Assembly: GCA_964016885.1 (NCBI GenBank)
Contig: OZ024743.1
Span: forward strand, 315,146,001-315,210,000
DNA from: Eledone cirrhosa
Lineage: Eukaryota
DNA length: 64,000 bases
Direction: 5' to 3'
Made by a program: the position numbers and the translations under genes. Each line of letters begins with the position of its first letter. Position 1 is the first letter of the stretch. The notes under the pieces are model-generated. The model was given only the letters and a program-made list of their open reading frames with translations, searched no databases and was not told where the DNA came from. Below are positions 55,526 through 64,000 of this stretch, one piece after another.

Positions 55526-58500
55526 GGAGACCGACAGAGAGAGATGCGTTTATATCATTTTTTTCATATATAAATGACTTCATCAGAACACTCACAGCCT
55601 CACATATATCTGTGTGTATTTGTTTTGCAAGTTTCTTGATTTGAAACCATGTGTAGAAACAATTATATTTTGGTATGGTCATGTGTTACCAATAATTGTT
55701 TCAAGTTATGGCACAAGGCCAGCAATTAACCAGTGTATTACTGGTACTTTATTTTATCGACCCCATATGGATGAAAAGCAAAGTTAACCTCGGCGGGATT
55801 GAACTCAGAATGGCAAGGGCCGTAACTCTATGCGTCAAAGCATGGCGTCTGACCCTCTACCGATGGCAGTAAATACACATGCTCTATTTTATTTTCACTT
55901 CAGCTTTATTATAAATTATTAGTTCATCAAAGGTCTTTCCTCTCACATGTGTAAGACAAGATGGAGTAAACAGAATAAGAGAAAAAGAAGAGGAGGCACA
56001 GAGGAAAATAAATACTCAATGAGGATGTCACAGAATATATATATATATATACTACATTCTTTAGCTCTACATCTCGACACAGAAAGTGACCCGAGACATT
56101 GAGTGCTCACCCGGGTGAACCTACTGTAACTCCACATTACATTCCCTGGAAATGTATATATATATATATATATAGGAAAATGTTTAACCCCTATTACCGA
56201 CTCTACTACCCTAAGTATTGAGTACTCTGGTGCGCTAATGGTCCACCTGGTTCCTTACAACACCCCCTTCGTTATATACATATATATATATATATGTATG
56301 TACGTATGTATGTATGTATGTACGTACGTATGAATGTATTTATGCATGTATGTACGTATGCATGCCTGTTTAGTGTTCTGTCAGACCCAGAGAGCGCTAC
56401 ACCTGCATTTATGTATGTATATACGTATATATATATGAGTATGTTTAAGTTTGAGCCTGTCAAAACAACAAAAATATTGCTAACTCAACGACATAGTAGT
56501 TCGGAAAGGTCAGTCTCTTGACCTTCTATATTATTTTCCTCATCGACCTTTTCATTTATTGATCTTCTCCTATCGTTCTGTCAGCTAGGTCATCTAAAGT
56601 CATTGTACAATGAGATATATCCCATCTACACACCCAAGGACTACAATGCAGTCAGCAACGGATTTGAACTTGTCACCCTAAATATTGTCCAATAATCCAA
56701 TTATGCTCTTGAATTTTTCTGTTAATGTCATCATGCTAAAAATTTGTTTTTGTTTTTGATGTTTTTGTTTTAATTTCTAATAATTTAATATCGTAAAAAC
56801 TTTGTCCACAAGAAAACCAACAAGTTTCTAGGCCTCATTCGCTTACCGAGTTGGGTGGAACTCGTCATATCATACTAAGAAAACAATGTTTCTTTTTGGT
56901 CTTTTCATTGCTGATACTATCTACCGGTCGCGACTACGGACAGAAAACAAACAATACTTTAATTAATATAAATATATGAGATTTTACAAAGAAAACATGG
57001 AAATGTTACAAAGACGTTATTGTTTAATGAATCAAGGGTAGTATATAGGCAGTATCTGTAGAGCGTTGGACCACAATGCTTCGCAGAAGAGAGTTACAGC
57101 CCTTTACGTTCTGATTTCAAATCTCGCCTACGTTAGTTTTGCCTTTCATCCTACGGTGTCGATAAAATGAAGTATCAGTAGCACACTGAGCTCGATTTAA
57201 TCAACGTTTCCTCCCCGAAAATTGTTAGCCTTGTCCTAAATCAGAAAGCACTCTATAGTGAATTAGAGGGCGGTGAATTGGCAGTATCGGTAGAGGGTTG
57301 GACGCCATGTTTTCTAGCATAGTTACGTCCCTTTACAGTCTGAGTTCAAATCCCGTGGAGATTAACTTTGCCTTACATTCTTACGGGGTCGATAAAATAA
57401 AGTACCAGTAATGTACTGGATAATTGTTGGCCTTGTGCCAAAAGTAGAAACAATTATATAGTGAACTTTACTAATTCCGTTCTATTTCTCCTGCTTATAG
57501 ATCATGGTGGAACTAGCTTCAAATATTCTCACCTGCCACATATATGATCGGTAAGTCTGCTCCCTTCCTTTTATCGAGTTACTCTTTTTGATGTTGTGTG
57601 TGGTAGTGGTGGTGGTGGTCATGGTGTCGATATTTGTTTTGTTCTTTTTTTCTTTTAATGTTTTGTCAGGGAATAACGTTTATCAGATCTTCTAGAGCAG
57701 GATTTCTCTGAGTGAGCGATGAGCAATTGAACAGGAAATGGAGGACGATTGGTAACGTCGGTGGGCGATATAGGATTTTAAGTATTACGAATGTATTTCA
57801 ACATAAAATGATTCAAATATGTGCAAAGAACCTGTATAATAACAAAAGAAAATCGGAGGCTAATGGAAGTACCGAAATAGTAACAAACTTTTAACCAACA
57901 TTTCTGGTATGCATTTTTATATTTACGGTACAGGTGTGCGGTGGAAAATATTTCCTTGTGAAAATTGGTGATAATGCAAAACTGGATGCAGACCCCTTGT
58001 TGTTATTTATGCTGTAGTTTATATTGTTGTAGTTTATGCTGCCGTAGTTGTTTATACTGTTGCAGTTTATGCTGTCGTAGTTGTTTATATAGTTGCAGTG
58101 TATGCTGTAGTTGTTGATAATGATATTACTAAGTAAATAGATATTGCAGATATTTGAACTCAGAACATCAAGGGGGATAACTAAATAGTGCAAATGATTT
58201 ATATCACTGATTTACTGAGTAAATTGCCAGTGATAAGATTTTGCCAATGATAAGATTTCGCAGTAATTGCCAATGATAAGATTTCGACAAATCCTCCCTT
58301 TTATCATCTTAGATTTTACCAATGTTCATATTTCTTTCTGTTACTATCGAGTTAAACTCTGCGATAACTGGGATGTGTTTCATCCAGCAAGATATGTTAC
58401 CTTATCGGATGAGAAATGAAGACCAGGGTAAAGTGGGTTCCTCCCTAACTTGTCAACAACATGTCGTAAACTCCACCCCGAGGGATCACTGACATTACAA

Positions 58501-58621
58501 TTTAATATCCTCAAATATCGCAATATTGACATTTAAAGAATTATCTTTGGTCATATAAACCAATTAAACAAGCACCAAGTAACCTATTTGCAACCACGCA
58601 CATACTCATACATATATACAT

Positions 58622-58738
<117 letters not shown>

Positions 58739-58911
58739 TCATAAGTATATCTGTATAGATCTACATATATATGCATACTTATCTATAGAAATTTAGGCAC
58801 ACAAAACACACACACATATATATATATATATGCATACATATATATAAGTATATATATATATATATATATACACATACATACACACATATATATATATATA
58901 AATATACATAC

Positions 58912-59007
<96 letters not shown>

Positions 59008-59275
59008 ATACAGAGAGAGAGAGATTTATATATATACATGCATATACGCATATCATTATCATTGTCGTTTAAACGTCCGCTCTCCCTGCCAGCAAAGGTA
59101 TATATATATGTATACATGTAACATTCACAGATCAGAGATCAGAGAGGAATTCAAATTATGATCTTCTGTCTCCTATAAAATGATACATTTTCAAACAAAA
59201 TATTGAGCAAGTAACGTTTTAATTCTTCAATGCTGCATACTTCATTTTACGGTATGTAAGACTTTTATTATCTGG

Positions 59276-59410
<135 letters not shown>

Positions 59411-60825
59411 ACTGTTTTCTGCAAATTTCGGTGGTACAGGTTTTTCAAAAATAATTACTGATATTACTGTAGCACCGAAATTTGGAAATTCGCAAGAAAC
59501 AGTTAATATTGACGCTATTGTGTAATTTAATGCATGTGCTGGCAGTTATCCCACTTGAGGTAAGCAAACCTCTAGTAGAGTGTAATAGATTGTTTATGCT
59601 GCTGCAGTGGCCAGGTTCTCTGGAGTTGACACATCATGTCGGTTTCTCAAACAGGTATTGCCTCGGAAAGTTCCTCCCGGTCTGTTTCCAAATCCAAATT
59701 GTTTCTTTTTCCTTGGATCATGTTATTTTAATCCATCGATGCCTATGCGAAACATCGCATAGATATATATTAACCCATTTAAACCTTACATTATGTATTA
59801 TTTACCTATCTTATAAATACTACTCTAACATTTTAAAGAAAATATTTAACTACCTCTGCTGTAACTGCCTGCCTAAAAGTTCCATAATTTGAATAGTCTC
59901 ATTTTCATGATATTTGTCTTATGGTATTAACTATTGTTCTTTTGTTCAGTATATTATCCGAAAAGATACAGTTGGGATAAATCACCTATAATGGAAATAA
60001 TTGGTAACATGTAATCTCCAGTTTCTCTGCAATTGGATGCAATGTTCTAGCCGCGTTGAAACGTTCGTAGAGATGTATGAATAAATAATAATTTCCTATC
60101 TTAGACTTTCTTAAACTTTTGAATACATAGATATACACAAATTAATAAGCGTTAAACTAAATTATATAATCATTTTAGTGTGTAATTATTGTGAGTATTT
60201 CCCAATTCGATCGCAGTAAGGCTCCAGCTTTATAACAGTTTGTGTCACTCTCATTCAGTTTAAATTACGTTAATAGTACACGTGTCTATGATCATTGATC
60301 TTCTCTCACATTAATTTAACTTGTCGAACATTCAGTTGATCAAACAACTGAATACTCATCGTCGAAACCGACGAAACATCCACATATACACACCTGCAAG
60401 GACACGTGTTTCTATGTGAGGCTTTAAATCAGCATGTTACGAAATCAAGGACACCGAATAGCCACTGCGGCCTGGAAGAGTGTGTGTATATAACTGTTTT
60501 CTGCAAATTTCGGTGGTAACAAGCCGAATATTATATGAGGAGGTGGTGATGGTGGAGTCGTGATTTACAGCAGTTTCAATGCTAATCTGTAATTCAGCTG
60601 ATAGGATTCTATTTTGTTTGTTTTTTTCCTTCTCAATGAATACACACATAAGAGGGAATTAGTGCCAAACGCAGGATGACTTTTTTTCCATTACACATTT
60701 TCATTCTTTAATCACGAAAATTATTCTGCCACGGGCTATTGAAAAGTAGTTTGCGAGCCATTTATACGTTTGTGTCGGTACGTGTGCGCGCGTGTATGAG
60801 TACGTGTGTATATATATATATATAT

Positions 60826-61281
60826 AACAAACCGAACATTATAATAAATGTTCGGTAAACCCATACGTACATATATATATATATATATGCATGTATGTAT
60901 ATATATACATACTACTGTACGTGTACATACATACTTACATTTAAGTATCAGCCGTACTAAGAGTGAGAAATGAAATTTCGTTTCATTCTTTTCCATTTAT
61001 CGTTTTCGGTACGCCCGGCCGACTAACTCACTCGATATGCAAATTAGGCTGCTCAACCGTTAATATGCATAAGGAAAGTATATACTTTCTAGACGTTCAC
61101 TCATTTGGCAGGAAGGTATACGATGCTGACGATAGCTAATAAGCTTGAAACTAGTACATCGTTCCTGTGTCAGTGTTGAACAAAAAGGCGACGATGATTT
61201 TCTGAACACTGTACGGCGTAATTCGGGCTGTTTATTTACAAACAAACCGAACATTATAATAAATGTTCGGTAAAGCCATAC

Positions 61282-61335
<54 letters not shown>

Positions 61336-61465
61336 ATGTATGTATATATATACTTACTACTGTACGTCTGTATACATATATGTATGTACGTATACATACA
61401 TACTTACATTTAAGTATCAGCCGTACTAAGAATGAGAAATGAAATTTCGTTTCATTCTTTTCCAT
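60826..61465 (+). mobile_element. Partial tandem non-coding element (415-nt period) with a central HHR
   Basis: Direct repeats 60826-60996 and 61241-61465, flanked by TA runs. Confidence 0.8.
61120..61162 (+). ncRNA. Minimal type I hammerhead ribozyme
   Basis: ACGATG-CTGACGA-T-AGCT(aata)AGCT-T-GAAA-CTAG-TA-CATCGT; 6-bp stem I; predicted cleavage after GUA at 61156. Confidence 0.8.
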
Positions 61466-61752
61466 ATATATATGTGTGTGTATGTGTCGAAAATTGCAAA
61501 CTTTTACCACTGACTTTTACCACTGAAGATGAATCTGAAGATTGCGAAGGCATGAAAATACTTGTTTAATTAACATTTAATATTCTACCATACTATTTAA
61601 TTATAATATCATTATAATGTTAAAGGATTGTAAATAAAACGAGTTAATCAGACAAAGTCGGAATTCCTTTTATTAATATAATCTTCTATACACAATCATA
61701 CACACGCGTCATATTTATTTACATATATATATCTATAGTATTTACATATATA

Positions 61753-61824
<72 letters not shown>

Positions 61825-61995
61825 CGTTTCTACTTTTGGGACAAGGCGAGCAATTATCCCAGTGGATCACTGGTGATTTATTTTATCGATCTCATAGGCA
61901 AAGTAAACCTCGGCGGGCTTTAAACTGAGACCGTAAATGGATGTAACTCTATGCTGCAAAGCATAGCGTCCGATCCTCTACCGATATTGCCAAAT

Positions 61996-62307
61996 ATAAT
62001 AGTAATATATAAGGGAACAAAGAATCAGTGTTGCATGATATACATATTTAATTACATATTATATATGTTTCACTGTCGATCAGCTCGAGAAGCTTCCAAT
62101 TCCAGAGTCAGGTTCGATCATGAATCGATCGTTCATTGAGCTGTGCGACAGTGAAACATATGTAATATGTAATTAAATATGTATCGGAAGCAACACTGAT
62201 TCTTTGTCCCTTCTATATTACTATTATTGATATATTGCTGCTGAAGAGCATCGAGAGCTTATTCGGCATACCGCCTGCGGAGGCAATTAATTTTTGCCTT
62301 TAACACC

Positions 62308-62310
<3 letters not shown>
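61996..62310 (+). mobile_element. Fold-back element containing HHR 3' half plus tail
   Basis: Arms 61996-62086 / 62138-62227; cgacagt-GAAA-CATATG-TA at 62146-62164. Confidence 0.7.
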
Positions 62311-62379
<69 letters not shown>

Positions 62380-62519
62380 CAGAAGAGATATTCAATTTGT
62401 TGGTAATTCAACAAATATAAATGTTTATAACTGATTCACAACACTCAACAAGTCTTCTGGAGTATAACACATAATGATATTAAATAAATGGAAACTATAT
62501 TTATAAAACCATATTTATT

Positions 62520-62573
62520 CTATTATATATATTTCAAGGGTACCATGCATTTTGGTGCGCTATCATCAGATAG
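62520..62573 (-). ncRNA. Minimal hammerhead motif (inverted partner of 62650-62710)
   Basis: CTAT-CTGATGA-TAGCGCACCA...TGGTACCCTT-GAAA-TATATA-TA-ATAG. Confidence 0.65.
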
Positions 62574-62649
62574 TTACTATCCAGGGATAACTTGAACCGT
62601 TAAGGTATATTATCCTTGGTTATGACAAAAATTTATAAAACACACTTCG

Positions 62650-62710
62650 TATTTTATCTGATGATATCGTACCAACATTTTTGGTACGTTGAAATATATA
62701 TAATAAAATA
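62650..62710 (+). ncRNA. Minimal type I hammerhead ribozyme
   Basis: TATTTTAT-CTGATGA-TAT-CGTACCAA(cattt)TTGGTACG-TT-GAAA-TATATA-TA-ATAAAATA; 8-bp stem I, AUA site. Confidence 0.75.
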
Positions 62711-62774
62711 AATATGGTTTTATAAATATAGTTTCAATTTATTTGATATATTTGAATATATATATATATATATA

Positions 62775-62875
62775 TACACCGGGTGTTCCCAAAAATGTAT
62801 ACACACGTCCACAACATTCTAATAAATATTGCATGTACAGGTAAGCAAAGAGTGTATACATTTGTTGGGGAGGCC

Positions 62876-62880
<5 letters not shown>
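62775..62880. mobile_element. Tiny mariner-like MITE in (TA)n
   Basis: ccgggtgttcccaaaaatgtatacac / gtgtatacatttgttggggaggccctgta. Confidence 0.6.
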
Positions 62881-62928
<48 letters not shown>

Positions 62929-62931
62929 ATA

Positions 62932-63797
62932 TTAGAAAGTGAGGTTTTTTTTACAAAATGAAAAATAACCGAGGTGTCCTACACGAGTGAAAGTATAAAG
63001 AAAAAAAGATGAAATCGAAAATGCAACTGGAGTCTTATTTTTTTTTAAATATATATATTTATTTGGTTCCTTTACCGGTTTCGCAGTTCTTCTGCTTTTC
63101 AAAAGTAGAGTTGAGATGGAGGGTCTCTGGTTTTTACACATCTGGTTGGTCTTTGAATGTTACTTGTTTTATATGGAAAAAGGTGGCTCGAAAAGCCAGG
63201 ATTTTAGAGAAGTAATTTGATTGGTTTGTCAATAATTATAATAAATTTCGCGCCAGTTCGCGTTACAAAGTTCTTCAAACAAGATGGGGGGGGGGGGGGG
63301 AGCTCAGATTGTTTTTTCATATATGAGTGTTTGAATGTCTTTTTACTTAATAAAAGGGGCTCACGAAGGCTTTTTTTAATAAACGTAATTTGATTGGTTA
63401 TAAATGAAATTATTGCTGTCACGTGAACAAGTTTACATTAAATTTCGCGCCGTTATTTGGAAATATATTCTGTAGCCTTTTTAGAGAATTAATGAAAACT
63501 TGTTCACGTGACAGTCATAATTTCATTTATAACCAATCAAATTACGTTTATTAAAAAAAGCCTTCGTGAGCCCATTTTTTTAAAGTAAAAAGAAATTCAA
63601 ACACACATACACAACACACGCACACACACACAAGCACACAAATGGACATACATATCTTTACTTTCTTTATTTCAATAGAAAATCTGAATTCTGACACCCC
63701 AGCGAACTTCACAGCCATATTCACTGAACCAGAACAATTCTCCCATCCCATTTCTCTTGACCATTATCTTTTGCTTGTCAAAAAATTCTCTAAAAAG
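62932..63797. mobile_element. Copy of the long-TIR family of 1-2625 with an internal inversion (~63495-63797)
   Basis: 63176-63490 matches 1-360; 63660-63797 is the reverse complement of ~522-660. Confidence 0.8.
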
Positions 63798-64000
63798 GGT
63801 AGAAAGAGCAAAGGAAAAAAGAGTGCTCTATGTATAGAACAGAGCTATTTAATTAGAAAGTGAACAACACGTATGTATATATATTAATAAGTATATTTAT
63901 AGATATGTATATATATATATTCACACACACACACACAAACACACACAAACACTAACGCACGCACACACACGCACACACACACGCACACACACACACACAC

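Noticed and set aside
58000-58290. Short degenerate minisatellites (~33-bp and ~17-bp units)
   Set aside because: Ordinary low-copy tandem duplications.

Overview
AT-rich, microsatellite-dense eukaryotic non-coding DNA made up almost entirely of transposable elements. The SINE families resemble those of octopod cephalopods (taxon is an inference). I could not support any host protein-coding gene; most listed ORFs are microsatellite translations or antisense shadows. Main contents: (1) four Tx1-type (L1 clade) LINEs on the minus strand, in two head-to-tail pairs, one in (ATT)n and one in (ATCT)n; one copy keeps an intact ~1145-aa ORF2. (2) CRE, R4/Dong and RTE LINE fragments. (3) Penelope-like (PLE) RT and GIY-YIG remnants. 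(4) tRNA-derived SINEs, non-autonomous Helitrons, MITEs and a long-TIR element. (5) The most interesting layer: many short, mutually unrelated, non-coding elements in (TA)n tracts that carry minimal type-I hammerhead ribozyme (HHR) motifs with palindromic stem III. They occur as fold-back inverted repeats that turn around inside the ribozyme, or as partial tandem (retrozyme-like) repeats. All motifs and alignments were read by eye; repeat boundaries are approximate.
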